This document shows positions 8,509 to 18,179 of a stretch of 40,339 nucleotides of DNA, piece after piece. Origin of the DNA: a virus; the UHGV virus genome UHGV-0008619; one strand, written 5' to 3'. The position numbers were made by a program, and so were the translations under genes. The notes beneath the pieces were generated by a model. That model was not told where the DNA came from. It was given only the letters and a program-made list of their open reading frames with translations, and did not search any database. Within the stretch, counting starts at the first letter, position 1, and every line of letters starts with the position of its first letter.

Positions 8509-9861
8509 TTATTTTTCGCTTCCGGTCAACTGACTGACAAGCGCTTCAAGTTTTGCGATCCTCTCATCCATTGCGGCAATGTTGTCGCGCAGGCTTGCGT
8601 TCTCCTCTTCCAGTTCGGTGACGCGGTTATCTGTTTCGCGTGCCACCTGGACAAGTAAACCAGTCACCGCCGCATAGTCAACATTGAGGTAACGAGTTTC
8701 CTCGCGTAGCTCGTTGCCGTCAATGGTCGGGCCTTGCAATGCTTTACCGTAATGAGTAAACGATCCTACAGCCTCCGGCAGCGCCTCCATGACCTCCTGA
8801 GCGATAACGCCAGCGTAAGGCAGGCCGTTTTCCTTAAGGGTATAAGTGTACCCGTTCATTTTACGGACGGCTTCAGTTGCATCACCTATAACCTGAATGT
8901 TGTCTTTCAGGTCGCGGTCAGATGATTGGTTGATTGTAGTACAATTTACCACTCCGTTAACAGCTAATAGCACCGTTTCATCACTATTAACCTGACACTG
9001 ATATAGTAGTTTGTGAGTTGTTTCCGTGCCAACTACTAATGTTTTAAATTCGAGAGCTGAAGGTGAGGACTCTGAACCCCACAGCGTTATCGCGCAATCG
9101 TTAGCAGGACTATTTGCTGCCATCACCCTTATTTTTCTTGACCGATCATCAGAGTGGAAATGAGTATTAGTGGTATGCGTTTCTTTTGCATTTAAAACGC
9201 CATCAATAGCAACGTCACCGAATGTGGTAGAATCACCGGATTTTAATTGTTTTACCCATCTCGTTCCTGTTTCTGTGACATAGTTGTAACAATACAGTGA
9301 TTTGGTGGTGTGCCCAACAAAAACGCCTAAGTATGCTTTAATTCCACTACCATTATCACTTGCCTGTGCGATCCAGCCAGTTAAACACCATTCCCCTGAT
9401 GCTATTGAGGGGAAACCTGTCGCTGTATCAAGAATGCGAGTAAAGCCGACATAATTTGACGGATCGCCGGAAATGTTAGGACAATCTCTGTAAGTTTTGC
9501 CAAGACCTATCTTGTCTCCGATATGGTTCTGGCTCCATTCAAGCGCCTCCGATACTGCCGTTTCCTTACTCTGATAGTAGCGCAATGTTTCGGCTACATC
9601 CTGAGCAAGCCCATCAACTGAGATGGAATCAGATAACAGAATACTAAATTTTGTCCCGGCAGGGATGTCAGGATTAGACGATGGCGTTACTGATAATTCA
9701 GTACCGCTCTTGATTTCTGTGATGGTAAAAATCTGAATAGGATCGCTAACGGCAATGAGCGTGCACCCTTCCCGGATGAGCGAAAGCGGCGCGGTGAAGT
9801 TTGTCCCTGTGCCTGTAACAGTGTTACCGCTAATGGCTATTGTTCCTGCTGTATAAATCAT
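8509..9861 (-). CDS. tail fibre/tailspike with C-terminal intramolecular chaperone (peptidase S74-like) domain
   Basis: 450 aa; C-terminal region DRDLKDNIQVIGDATEAVRKMNGYTYTLKENG...YLNVDYAAVTGLLVQVARE plus terminal coiled coil typical of self-cleaving fibre chaperone. Confidence 0.8.
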   Translation of the reverse strand: MIYTAGTIAISGNTVTGTGTNFTAPLSLIREGCTLIAVSDPIQIFTITEIKSGTELSVTPSSNPDIPAGTKFSILLSDSISVDGLAQDVAETLRYYQSKETAVSEALEWSQNHIGDKIGLGKTYRDCPNISGDPSNYVGFTRILDTATGFPSIASGEWCLTGWIAQASDNGSGIKAYLGVFVGHTTKSLYCYNYVTETGTRWVKQLKSGDSTTFGDVAIDGVLNAKETHTTNTHFHSDDRSRKIRVMAANSPANDCAITLWGSESSPSALEFKTLVVGTETTHKLLYQCQVNSDETVLLAVNGVVNCTTINQSSDRDLKDNIQVIGDATEAVRKMNGYTYTLKENGLPYAGVIAQEVMEALPEAVGSFTHYGKALQGPTIDGNELREETRYLNVDYAAVTGLLVQVARETDNRVTELEEENASLRDNIAAMDERIAKLEALVSQLTGSEK

Positions 9862-9942
9862 CTCAATGACTCCATAACGTAAACCTACGTGTTAATTCTA
9901 CCATTTTTGTGACAGTGCGCACACTTTTAGTTTACCTATTGT

Positions 9943-9948
9943 ATAATA
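9943..9948 (+). promoter_or_regulatory. candidate -10 element (TATAAT) for lipoprotein operon
   Basis: Perfect TATAAT about 50 nt upstream of ATG 9999, preceded by TG; no good -35. Confidence 0.25.
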
Positions 9949-9998
9949 ATTTAATCAACAGAAAGGCTCATTACAAAACGTAGTTACCGAGGTGTGAT

Positions 9999-10220
9999 AT
10001 GAGAATGTTTTGTGTTATTGCGGTTGCTATATTGATGCTTTCCGGGTGCGCTGAAGTTGTAAGACATGATGGATACTGCGCAACTAGTGCTTATGGTGTC
10101 TGCTATGAAAGATGGGTTAACGGGGTTAAGATTCCATCTGGTGAGATCTGCCGCGTTTATGATGGCACTGATGGCCATAGTGGGAAAACAAAAGATTGCG
10201 GTAGTAAGGAGTGGTTTTGA
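9999..10220 (+). CDS. small lipoprotein, candidate Cor/Llp-like superinfection-exclusion protein
   Basis: 73 aa; signal peptide with lipobox LSGC (MRMFCVIAVAILMLSGC); opposite strand to flanking tail genes. Confidence 0.6.
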   Translation: MRMFCVIAVAILMLSGCAEVVRHDGYCATSAYGVCYERWVNGVKIPSGEICRVYDGTDGHSGKTKDCGSKEWF

Positions 10221-11155
10221 TGGGTGCTGGTATTTATATTGCGCTACCAGATGGCAGGCCAGCTATGGAGATAACGAGCGGATTAAGAGCTTTCTCCCAT
10301 TCGGGCGATTTTAATGTTAGCTCAGCTGGATTTTCAAAAAGTTTTGGTATAACTGATTTAACTGGAGGGGATAAGTTTTTAATCCCAAAAGCTGGCGCTT
10401 ACGCTTTTGAGCTTGATAGGGGCGTAGAGACTTATTATATTTCTGGTTTTAGCGCTTCTGGTGGCACAGCCACAATATCAATAGGTGGCGAGAACGCTTA
10501 TTCCGACAGGATCACTTCGTTTAGTGGTAGTGTTTTTGAGATAGCAAGAGCTTCAAGTGGTCAGGGCATTTTTGTTGCTGATAGCACTGATTTCACGTCT
10601 TTGACCACTAACAGTACACTAATGTCGTGCTTGTTTGTCGCTAATATTAGCTTTCATGGGACTTATACCCTGCCTGTTTTGGGAGTTCCCTTTGGTTGTT
10701 GGAGCAATGACGGCGTATCTGTTGAATTTGACGGTTATAACACATTAATATGCACAAACACCAATACTTCTGATGTTGGCGACACTTACGGTAGTGTTAA
10801 TATGGATCTTGCCATATTTAGTAATTCACCGCCAACCCCCGGCGATGGTGTAACCATTATAAATCCTTACGGGCAATGCGTATTTTCTACATCACAAAGG
10901 CCGCTTGTTGTTAAGGGTTTTGTGAGTTTGACAGATACCTATCAATACATCGGTGATGCGTTTTTTCCTATACTTCGCTGCGGTTTCAACACAAGAGCTA
11001 TTTCTGCATACAAAGAATTGAGATACAAGGGGATTTCAATGTTTAATGGGCATGTTAGAGGTAACACAGGATCAAGAATTGTTAGGTATGAAATAGGTAA
11101 TAAACCGAATTTCTGTATAGGGATGCCACTGCCTTATTTACCACGAATTTACTAG
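10220..11155 (+). CDS. hypothetical Gly/Ser/Thr-rich protein, translationally coupled to lipoprotein
   Basis: ATG 10220 overlaps lipoprotein stop (TGATG); AAGGAG RBS; 311 aa, low charge, beta-rich composition, no signal peptide. Confidence 0.55.
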   Translation: MGAGIYIALPDGRPAMEITSGLRAFSHSGDFNVSSAGFSKSFGITDLTGGDKFLIPKAGAYAFELDRGVETYYISGFSASGGTATISIGGENAYSDRITSFSGSVFEIARASSGQGIFVADSTDFTSLTTNSTLMSCLFVANISFHGTYTLPVLGVPFGCWSNDGVSVEFDGYNTLICTNTNTSDVGDTYGSVNMDLAIFSNSPPTPGDGVTIINPYGQCVFSTSQRPLVVKGFVSLTDTYQYIGDAFFPILRCGFNTRAISAYKELRYKGISMFNGHVRGNTGSRIVRYEIGNKPNFCIGMPLPYLPRIY

Positions 11156-11161
11156 CCAGAA

Positions 11162-11194
11162 TTGGCACCCCAACCATTTGGGATGGGGTGCCAA
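11162..11194. terminator. hairpin at convergent gene junction (candidate bidirectional terminator)
   Basis: Perfect 11-bp inverted repeat TTGGCACCCCA/TGGGGTGCCAA between stops at 11155 and 11198; no clear U-tract. Confidence 0.4.
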
Positions 11195-11197
11195 TAA

Positions 11198-14100
11198 TTA
11201 CCAAACACCAACAATAACTTTACCACCATTAGGAAGATTAACAGTGACACCGTTATTATTCATAACTACCCGTCCGTCGGCACTGCTCATATTGAATGTT
11301 TTTCCGCCCTGAACAACAACACTGCCTCTTACGGTAACGTCATTGAACACAGCCCAGCCATCTTTATTTATCATCCAACCCTGATCGCTGCCGTTCCAGT
11401 TGTGTGACGCTATGTAGTTGCCTATTTTTGCGTTGTCTATTGAACCGTCTTTAATAAACGCTTCTTTCACATACATTGCACCATTGGTGACATAGAAAGG
11501 CGTTGTATATGTGCCGTTCGCGTCAGTCATTAGCACGAAGCGATCAACAAGGAAAATACACTGCGATTGAAAGTTAGTACCGTCTCCAGTCAATCCAAGC
11601 GACATACCTGTAGCGTATTTCATGCCGTTGTTATCGGTGGCTAGCTTGATTGAATATGACGCATTAATGTTACCTTTGAGATCGATTAACGCTTTTGACG
11701 TTGTCTCGACCGCTGTCGCGCTCCCGTTAAAGGTCACTTTCAGTTGTTCAATAGCCTCGGCGCGGGCATGGGTTTCGTCTGCTATTGCCGTATCGATCCT
11801 TGCTATTTCCGCTTTTGTTTCTGTCTGGCTTTTCCTGTACTTCGCTTCAATAACGTTGCTCATCTTACTTTGCGCTATTGAGTTGTTAATGAGTGCAAGT
11901 GAGGCGTTTTGTATGCTTGCTTTTGCCTGATCTATCTTGTCACTGGCTTTACCAGCCTTATCACCAACAATACCAAGCTCCGCACTGATGCCCGATATTG
12001 CCTGGGCGCGAGCGCTTGATTCATCGGCGATGGCTTGATCTAGGCGGTCAACACTGGCGTTAGTGTTATTTTCAAGCGTTGTTAAATCAGCTTTAACCTG
12101 TGTTATTGCGTCGCTTCTTGCTTGCGTTTCATCTGATATTGCTTTATCAAGACGAGAAACGCTCGCATCAGTCTTGCTTTCAAGGTTAGTTATTGAAGCA
12201 TTCACGTCACTAATGGCTTCAGCGCGTGCACTCTCCTCGTTAGCAACTGCGCGTTGCACATGGGAAATCTGGCCTTTAAGATTGTTATCCATCGCATTCA
12301 TTTCTGCCGTGATGGTTTCCAATGATTCCGCAGTCGCTTTTTTCTCTTCAGCGATAACGTTGTCGATGCGGTCAATTTCCGCCCTCGTCTCTGTTTTACC
12401 TTTCTTGTACTGAGCGGTAAGAGTTACGCGGGTGTTAGTCTGTGCAAGTGAGTTATTAATAAGAGCGAGTGAAGCATTTTGTAGTCTTGCTTTTGTCTGC
12501 GCCAGTTCGCTGTTAGTTTTTTCGCTAGACACCTCTAATGAGTCTATTCTTACCTTATGCTGTCCTATGTTATCGGCGTTTCCCTGAGCTTTTTTATAAA
12601 GCTCTTCTGTTTCTTTTTTAAGCGTGTTGGTGTCAGATCTTAAATCGCCAGTTATATTGGCGAGATTATTAGTCGCTGTTTTTAGGTCATTCGTAGCTCT
12701 TTCGATAAGATCGGTGCGGTCACCAAGATCTTTGATGCCGCCAATCATTTCTTTAAACTGTTCTGAATTCATCACGTCTTTGGTGACGTAATCGCTGATT
12801 TCATCAAAGTTTTCAGTCGGTTTGCCTGATGCTTCAACGAAGTCTGACACACCAAAGGCATTACGCGTGCGCACATAAACGTAATAAGTGTGGCCCGTGT
12901 TCATGCCGCCAAAAGTCCACTGATACCCGCGCCCGGTAAACTGAGCTAATGTGGTTACTTTTGATGGGTCTGTGATCTGGTTTTCACCTGAGTAATAAAA
13001 CTCGTATGCCGTATCAGTGGTCAGGGTTGTTTTGCTGATCGGATATACTGTTGCCTGGAAAACGCCGGGAACCCAATTAACGCCTATTGGGGCCGCTGGC
13101 GCACCAATAATCAGGTCCACAATACTTTCCGCACCCTTCATGCCAGTGTCATTACGCCCGCGAATACCAAGCGTGTAGCTGCCAGCATCAAGGCCATAAA
13201 AATCATAGCGGTAATTCGTTGTTTCATAAGCTGCCACCACGCGGCCTTCTGCGTTATATACGCGGATCTCAAAGGTCAGGCGATGCGTTGTTGTCTGCGT
13301 TTCCCATGTAGCTCTACATTGAACAGTTTCAGAACCAACATTTAACACCTTCAGGTTTTCAATGTTCGGCACGCGGAAGTGATTAAGCGTGTCGTTGTTT
13401 ATCTCAAAGATTGCGCCTTCATCAACTACAGCCTGTTTATGCGGATCGTGCTGTGCAGCCTCGATGGTGTACACGCTGTTATTTTCGGTTTCTGCTACGC
13501 TGGTGATTCGACACAGAACCGGTTTTGCAGATTCAGTCGACACGGCAAACACGGTTCCGTTACGAATCCATGCGGGCGCTGCCGCAAGGGTAATATTGTT
13601 TCCGTCAACTCCAGTGATCTGATGTTTTTTAAACTTGCCGTCGCTGTCCAGTAAGCTGATAGTGTCACCAGCCGCCACCAGGTCAGAATCAACCTTGTCT
13701 ACAGTTATCACTTTCCCATTATTCGCCACGATGCGACCGCCTAAACGAGCGCCAGCGCGGTTATTGTCGAGTATCTCGATAATATCACCTGGGGTGAAGT
13801 GAATTGCGTCACGGGCCATTTTAAACGTGAATTTTGAGGGTTCGCGTTTTGCTGTTTCTATCAGCCATTTGCCAGCGCGGTACGCCTGCCCGCGTGACGT
13901 GCAACCGAAAGCCTCCAACGTGGTTTCGTTGTAACCATCGCGGGCGATCAGTTCATCATCTGCTACGTATTCTTTTGATTGTTCCCAACCGTTTTCCGGG
14001 TCAGTCCATGACACGATCACGGCGTTGTAAGATTCTGCGCGGGCGATACTTGAACGAGTAAACGCGCCATCAACGACGTTTGCATTTGTGATGGTGGCAA

Positions 14101-15217
14101 TTGGATCCTGCGGTGCATCAATCATCACCGTAAGGCGCTGCCCGTCCCATAACGCGATTCCACGGAACATACCTGCAATGTTATCCAGCAAGTCGCGGGC
14201 GCTCATTTGCTCCGTGATGTAAGCATTAAGCGTCATGCGAGGTTCAAAACCGCCGTATCCGTCGCTAACCAACTGGTCGCAGTATTGAGAAAGCGTATAT
14301 AATGCGCCGTCATCAACGTCAATGTAACCAGCGTGGCGGGCAAGCCCGAAGCGTTCATTTTTAACCAGATACCGGAAAAGCCAGGCAGGGTTGTTGGTGT
14401 ACGCTTTTTTAAATCCACCCAGCCATAAACCTGAATACGTGCGCGTTTCAGGGTTGTAGTTGTCCGGCACATCAACAATCAGTCCGCGCAGATGATAAGT
14501 GCGGGCAGGAGTATCAGTATACTGGTCATGGTCAATTACCGCGCCAGCCACAGCGGTATGAGGGTAAGACAGGTTATCGTCGATTATTTCGCTGTAGCTA
14601 CTCCACCGCGTATCATTACGAAGAAGATCACTTTTGCTGTCTGGTGTTACGCGACGAACGCGAATATCAAACGGCTTTTCATCCGGCGCGTTGATAATGT
14701 GAGCTTCCAAGTATTCACCGCTCTGTTTACCAGGCCCGATGGTAATATCCTTAACCAGCGTCCACGTCGATGATGATGATGGCTTAACATCAACCATTAA
14801 CATAACTGACGTGTTGTATTGATTGCCCTTATCATCTGACTGAACAAGAGCGTCAACGCCAACATTTAATCTAACGCGGGTGACGTTTGGATCTGAAACG
14901 GTCCTGATTATTGGCGTATCGCGTTTTACCTGTGTGTTAACAATAACAGTTGATTCAATGGCGTTAAAACCGTTAATCGGTGATTGGTCAGCCGTGCCAT
15001 TGCGCCACGCTATACTTACCCCAGGGATTGATGTATTCCCGTTGGCGTCAGTAACAGGCGTGTCATTAAGCATCACATCATTTAATGGCGCTTTCTGGTT
15101 TACCGGACCGTATATCGGCCCCTCGCTGAGAATGTCTAAAACACGATAAAACTGTTTATGATACAGGTTATCGTTTAGCAATGTTGGTGTTTTGGCTTTG
15201 CCGCCGCCGCTACTCAT
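11198..15217 (-). CDS. J: central tail fibre / host specificity protein J homologue
   Basis: Lambda J-like blocks (LWSSYSEIID, NYNPETRTYSGLW, AFGCTSRGQAYRAG, YYVYVRTRN); ATG 15217 with AGGAG RBS; contains expanded coiled-coil segment. Confidence 0.9.
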   Translation of the reverse strand: MSSGGGKAKTPTLLNDNLYHKQFYRVLDILSEGPIYGPVNQKAPLNDVMLNDTPVTDANGNTSIPGVSIAWRNGTADQSPINGFNAIESTVIVNTQVKRDTPIIRTVSDPNVTRVRLNVGVDALVQSDDKGNQYNTSVMLMVDVKPSSSSTWTLVKDITIGPGKQSGEYLEAHIINAPDEKPFDIRVRRVTPDSKSDLLRNDTRWSSYSEIIDDNLSYPHTAVAGAVIDHDQYTDTPARTYHLRGLIVDVPDNYNPETRTYSGLWLGGFKKAYTNNPAWLFRYLVKNERFGLARHAGYIDVDDGALYTLSQYCDQLVSDGYGGFEPRMTLNAYITEQMSARDLLDNIAGMFRGIALWDGQRLTVMIDAPQDPIATITNANVVDGAFTRSSIARAESYNAVIVSWTDPENGWEQSKEYVADDELIARDGYNETTLEAFGCTSRGQAYRAGKWLIETAKREPSKFTFKMARDAIHFTPGDIIEILDNNRAGARLGGRIVANNGKVITVDKVDSDLVAAGDTISLLDSDGKFKKHQITGVDGNNITLAAAPAWIRNGTVFAVSTESAKPVLCRITSVAETENNSVYTIEAAQHDPHKQAVVDEGAIFEINNDTLNHFRVPNIENLKVLNVGSETVQCRATWETQTTTHRLTFEIRVYNAEGRVVAAYETTNYRYDFYGLDAGSYTLGIRGRNDTGMKGAESIVDLIIGAPAAPIGVNWVPGVFQATVYPISKTTLTTDTAYEFYYSGENQITDPSKVTTLAQFTGRGYQWTFGGMNTGHTYYVYVRTRNAFGVSDFVEASGKPTENFDEISDYVTKDVMNSEQFKEMIGGIKDLGDRTDLIERATNDLKTATNNLANITGDLRSDTNTLKKETEELYKKAQGNADNIGQHKVRIDSLEVSSEKTNSELAQTKARLQNASLALINNSLAQTNTRVTLTAQYKKGKTETRAEIDRIDNVIAEEKKATAESLETITAEMNAMDNNLKGQISHVQRAVANEESARAEAISDVNASITNLESKTDASVSRLDKAISDETQARSDAITQVKADLTTLENNTNASVDRLDQAIADESSARAQAISGISAELGIVGDKAGKASDKIDQAKASIQNASLALINNSIAQSKMSNVIEAKYRKSQTETKAEIARIDTAIADETHARAEAIEQLKVTFNGSATAVETTSKALIDLKGNINASYSIKLATDNNGMKYATGMSLGLTGDGTNFQSQCIFLVDRFVLMTDANGTYTTPFYVTNGAMYVKEAFIKDGSIDNAKIGNYIASHNWNGSDQGWMINKDGWAVFNDVTVRGSVVVQGGKTFNMSSADGRVVMNNNGVTVNLPNGGKVIVGVW

Positions 15218-15231
15218 GGCTTTTTCTCCTG

Positions 15232-15762
15232 TCAACTTACAACGTCTAAGGCGTCTTTGTTATTACTTGTGTCTATGCCTAACGATCCGACGTTTGAACC
15301 TATTTTCATTTCGCCCAATAGGATTGGCACTGGTCTACCCTGGCCTACCTTGTTTTCAACGCTGGTGTAGGTGTTGTTCGTTATGGTGTTATCTTGTGCG
15401 CTTTCTGCTGATGTTTTTACCTTCATGTTGCGGGACATAAAGAGGGAGAACGCAACGCTAACCACTGAAACACCAATCAAGATCCAGCCTACAACACCAA
15501 TCCCAGCAATACCGCCTTCAACTACTGGTGCAACAATGACGGTAGTCCCATCCGGGTATTTACTATTAACCGCTGCGGGCGCGGTCTTTTCGTCATAATC
15601 TTTTCCGGCAATTCGTAAGCGCAATGGGGTGCTTAAAAACGCCTTCTTGAACTCATAATTCTGCGCAACCAATAAGCTAAGCCCCTGCGCTGGCGTTTCA
15701 ACGTTTAAACACACCTTGCCGTAATATCTTCGAAGATTGCCCGTAAATCTAAATTTGAGCAT
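15232..15762 (-). CDS. tail assembly protein I-like
   Basis: 176 aa; lambda I-like segments (IVAPVVEGG, PILLGEMKIGS); position between K and J. Confidence 0.7.
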   Translation of the reverse strand: MLKFRFTGNLRRYYGKVCLNVETPAQGLSLLVAQNYEFKKAFLSTPLRLRIAGKDYDEKTAPAAVNSKYPDGTTVIVAPVVEGGIAGIGVVGWILIGVSVVSVAFSLFMSRNMKVKTSAESAQDNTITNNTYTSVENKVGQGRPVPILLGEMKIGSNVGSLGIDTSNNKDALDVVS

Positions 15763-16436
15763 TTGTCAGATCTCCATATTGAATGCGTTTGTCGAACATA
15801 CGCGGGCCGCATTTGCTCGCGGCGGCTTAACAGTCCGGCATTGTCATGATGCAAAACAGTGTTATCGCCCAGGTAAATCATCGCGTGACATGGGTCAGTG
15901 CCTTTAAACGGCTGACGGATAATTACGTCACCTGGCTGAATACTTTGCGCGTCAACCATGAAAAACCCGTTCAATGGCAGGTTCTTTATGTACAGGTTTT
16001 CCCCACGCAGCCACCACCCGTCGTGGCGTTCAAAGTCAGGCAGATCCACGCCGCATAGGTGATAGGCGTCACGAAAAAGCGAGTAGCAGTCTGTTTTCCC
16101 GTGTTCAAATTTACGGCCTAACAGGTGCGCCACCGGGCGGAATTTTCTTACCCTGCCACCGGAACACAAATACCACGGCAGGCCGGAAATAACCTGCTGT
16201 TGTCGATCACGTGCTGACAATACCAGTGAATTGTCAGTATGGGAGTGAAAAACGGCGGTTATAACGCCTAATTCGTCAGCTTTGATATAATCGTCAGGCG
16301 AGATTTTAAAGCTGTTGTGCGGCGTTTCAGACACGTTTAAGCATGGGTAAAAATAATCGTTATCTATCACCAGCCCGCACACTTCCTCGCGCGGGTGGGC
16401 TGCCGCATAGCGAATCATTTTATCTTCAAGTGCCAT
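15705..16436 (-). CDS. tail assembly protein K-like (JAMM/MPN plus NlpC/P60 domains)
   Basis: HSHT JAMM-type motif and DCYSLFRD...H NlpC/P60 signature; ATG 16436 directly after L stop. Confidence 0.8.
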   Translation of the reverse strand: MALEDKMIRYAAAHPREEVCGLVIDNDYFYPCLNVSETPHNSFKISPDDYIKADELGVITAVFHSHTDNSLVLSARDRQQQVISGLPWYLCSGGRVRKFRPVAHLLGRKFEHGKTDCYSLFRDAYHLCGVDLPDFERHDGWWLRGENLYIKNLPLNGFFMVDAQSIQPGDVIIRQPFKGTDPCHAMIYLGDNTVLHHDNAGLLSRREQMRPAYVRQTHSIWRSDKCSNLDLRAIFEDITARCV

Positions 16437-16438
16437 AA

Positions 16439-17143
16439 TTAACCGACCTTGCTTGATCCGGGGAAACATGAAATTGGTAACGGATTGGGGCGCGGGAAAC
16501 GCAAACGGCAACCGCTCAGGCGGTGGCTGCATTTATCCAGTTTTGGATCGCTGGTCGATTCGTCTTTATCTGTAGCTACAGGGCCGCCACTGTATCCGCA
16601 ACCGTCGCCCCGGTATTGCCACTGGCAAACGTCAGCGAGGATTGTGCGCCCAGGGATAACTGCCTTGTCGGCATCAATTGGCGTTGACAGTTCATATTGC
16701 ACCTGGTCGGCTGTTTCTTCGCTCATCGCCTCAACGACGTAAAAAGATACCGCCTCGATAGACGGATCTGCATCCGGGTTGCCATTGGGGAAGTTGACAG
16801 CGTCCAGATATTTTACTTCCACCTGGCGGCGCGTAACCTTCATTCCTCGCAGGTCGTTAAAATCGTTGTTCATCCCGGTGATTAGCCCGCCAATGTTGGC
16901 TACTACCATTTGCGGGCGCGAGTAAACGCCTTCGTTTTTCATTTCGAAGCCAGTAGCCTCGATTGGGTAGCTGTTGTAAGTCACTCCCTTCCAGATAACC
17001 GGGCCGTAATAGCCATTCGCGCCGGAATGGAAGCGGATAACCTCGCCACCCAGGGGCGTCAGGTCCAGTTCAAATAAGTCAATGACCGCGCCGACTCCGG
17101 CATCCACGGAATCAATAATCATTTCTGTAGGTATGCTGCGCAT
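16439..17143 (-). CDS. minor tail protein L-like
   Basis: Lambda L-like sequence incl. GDGCGYSG...C..C cysteine cluster; AAGGTGA RBS before ATG 17143. Confidence 0.85.
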   Translation of the reverse strand: MRSIPTEMIIDSVDAGVGAVIDLFELDLTPLGGEVIRFHSGANGYYGPVIWKGVTYNSYPIEATGFEMKNEGVYSRPQMVVANIGGLITGMNNDFNDLRGMKVTRRQVEVKYLDAVNFPNGNPDADPSIEAVSFYVVEAMSEETADQVQYELSTPIDADKAVIPGRTILADVCQWQYRGDGCGYSGGPVATDKDESTSDPKLDKCSHRLSGCRLRFPRPNPLPISCFPGSSKVG

Positions 17144-17196
17144 TTTATCACCTTGTAATTTTGTGATCGCCATCACGCTAAATCATACCAAAACGG

Positions 17197-17225
17197 TTGA
17201 TTGCGTTTTTTACAATATGTATATT
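17197..17225 (+). promoter_or_regulatory. sigma70-type promoter (TTGATT-17-TATATT) for L-M intergenic cassette
   Basis: Near-consensus -35/-10 with 17-bp spacer, 17 nt upstream of RBS AAGGAAG and ATG 17242. Confidence 0.55.
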
Positions 17226-17241
17226 GTACTCAAAAGGAAGC

Positions 17242-17472
17242 ATGGTTAACAAAATGGCGCGGAGGTGTGAGGTGGATGATAAGGTGTGGAGGTTGACGGT
17301 GTTCCTTAGTGATGGCAGGGAAATGACTGTTGCCCTGTATAAAGATGAAGGCGAGGCACTTACTGACGCGCTATTACTCGCTGAAGACGAAAGGGTTTTG
17401 GGGTACAGGATTAAACCTGTCAAATGGGAGGTTAACAAAAAATGCAAAAATACAGTCTTGACGTGTGGTTAA
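17242..17472 (+). CDS. hypothetical protein (cassette gene 1)
   Basis: ATG 17242 with AAGGAAG RBS; 76 aa. Confidence 0.5.
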   Translation: MVNKMARRCEVDDKVWRLTVFLSDGREMTVALYKDEGEALTDALLLAEDERVLGYRIKPVKWEVNKKCKNTVLTCG

Positions 17473-17789
17473 GTGGTTACAAGGAGTGTTTTGGATTATT
17501 TGATAGCGAAGAAGTAGCCCTTGAAGAAGGAAGGATTCTTGAATGTAGTTTAGGCCATCCGGTGAAATATGCTGCTAATCCGGTGCAGGTAATTGATGAG
17601 GTGGAAAACATGAACCCGAAAGATATTAACTTTAACGTCAATGTTGAATTTGCTGACTCTATGGATCAGGCTTGCCCTGGTGAAATACACGCAAAAGGTT
17701 TCCCGGCAGACGATCCGCAAGCAAAACGCGAATACGAAAAAGCTGCGAAAGACTTCTGTATAGATAACTTAAGTTGCTTTGATAAATAG
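17442..17789 (+). CDS. hypothetical protein (cassette gene 2)
   Basis: GGGAGG RBS before ATG 17442; 115 aa, acidic. Confidence 0.55.
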   Translation: MQKYSLDVWLSGYKECFGLFDSEEVALEEGRILECSLGHPVKYAANPVQVIDEVENMNPKDINFNVNVEFADSMDQACPGEIHAKGFPADDPQAKREYEKAAKDFCIDNLSCFDK

Positions 17790-17797
17790 GCGGCAAT

Positions 17798-18046
17798 ATG
17801 GGGCGGCGCAATCACGGCGATTATGTGTACACGTTGAAACAGGCCGCCCGCCTCATCGGTTATCATGAGCACGAATTTATTGATTTGCTGATTGAGCGCG
17901 GGATACTGTACCAGGTCTGTTTAACGCTGTACCCAAAAGCGAAATACCTACAGGAAAAGTTATTTATCATCATGACGGACGAAAACCAGGTTAATCATTC
18001 ATTCGTCACTGATAAGGGCGTTAATTATCTGCGTGATAACTTATAG
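17798..18046 (+). CDS. hypothetical protein with HTH-like segment (cassette gene 3)
   Basis: 82 aa; segment YTLKQAARLIGYHEHEFIDLLIERGIL looks HTH-like. Confidence 0.5.
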   Translation: MGRRNHGDYVYTLKQAARLIGYHEHEFIDLLIERGILYQVCLTLYPKAKYLQEKLFIIMTDENQVNHSFVTDKGVNYLRDNL

Positions 18047-18056
18047 GTGACAGATT

Positions 18057-18173
18057 ATGAAAATAGAAGTTTTGGCGCTAATAATAATGGGATTGATAGT
18101 GTTTGGCGTTCATGCTGTAGATCTGGACTGGAAAACGATAGCGGAAAATATAGCGTTAATGGAAATGGGATAA
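18057..18173 (+). CDS. small hydrophobic membrane peptide, 38 aa (cassette gene 4)
   Basis: AGGTGA RBS 6 nt before ATG 18057; MKIEVLALIIMGLIVFGVHAVDLDWKTIAENIALMEMG; followed by terminator. Confidence 0.4.
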   Translation: MKIEVLALIIMGLIVFGVHAVDLDWKTIAENIALMEMG

Positions 18174-18179
18174 TAATAA

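Noticed and set aside
11622-12413. Plus-strand ORFs of 102 and 116 aa (11622..11930, 12063..12413) inside the J gene
   Set aside because: Antisense to a well-supported 1339 aa gene; low-complexity Ala/Ser/Leu-rich translations typical of the reverse strand of a coiled-coil region; no RBS.
11640-12780. Possible CRISPR-like or tandem DNA repeat array suggested by repeated segments in J
   Set aside because: Repeats are in-frame, diverged and encode coiled-coil heptads within a continuous ORF; no short identical direct repeats with unique spacers anywhere in the window.
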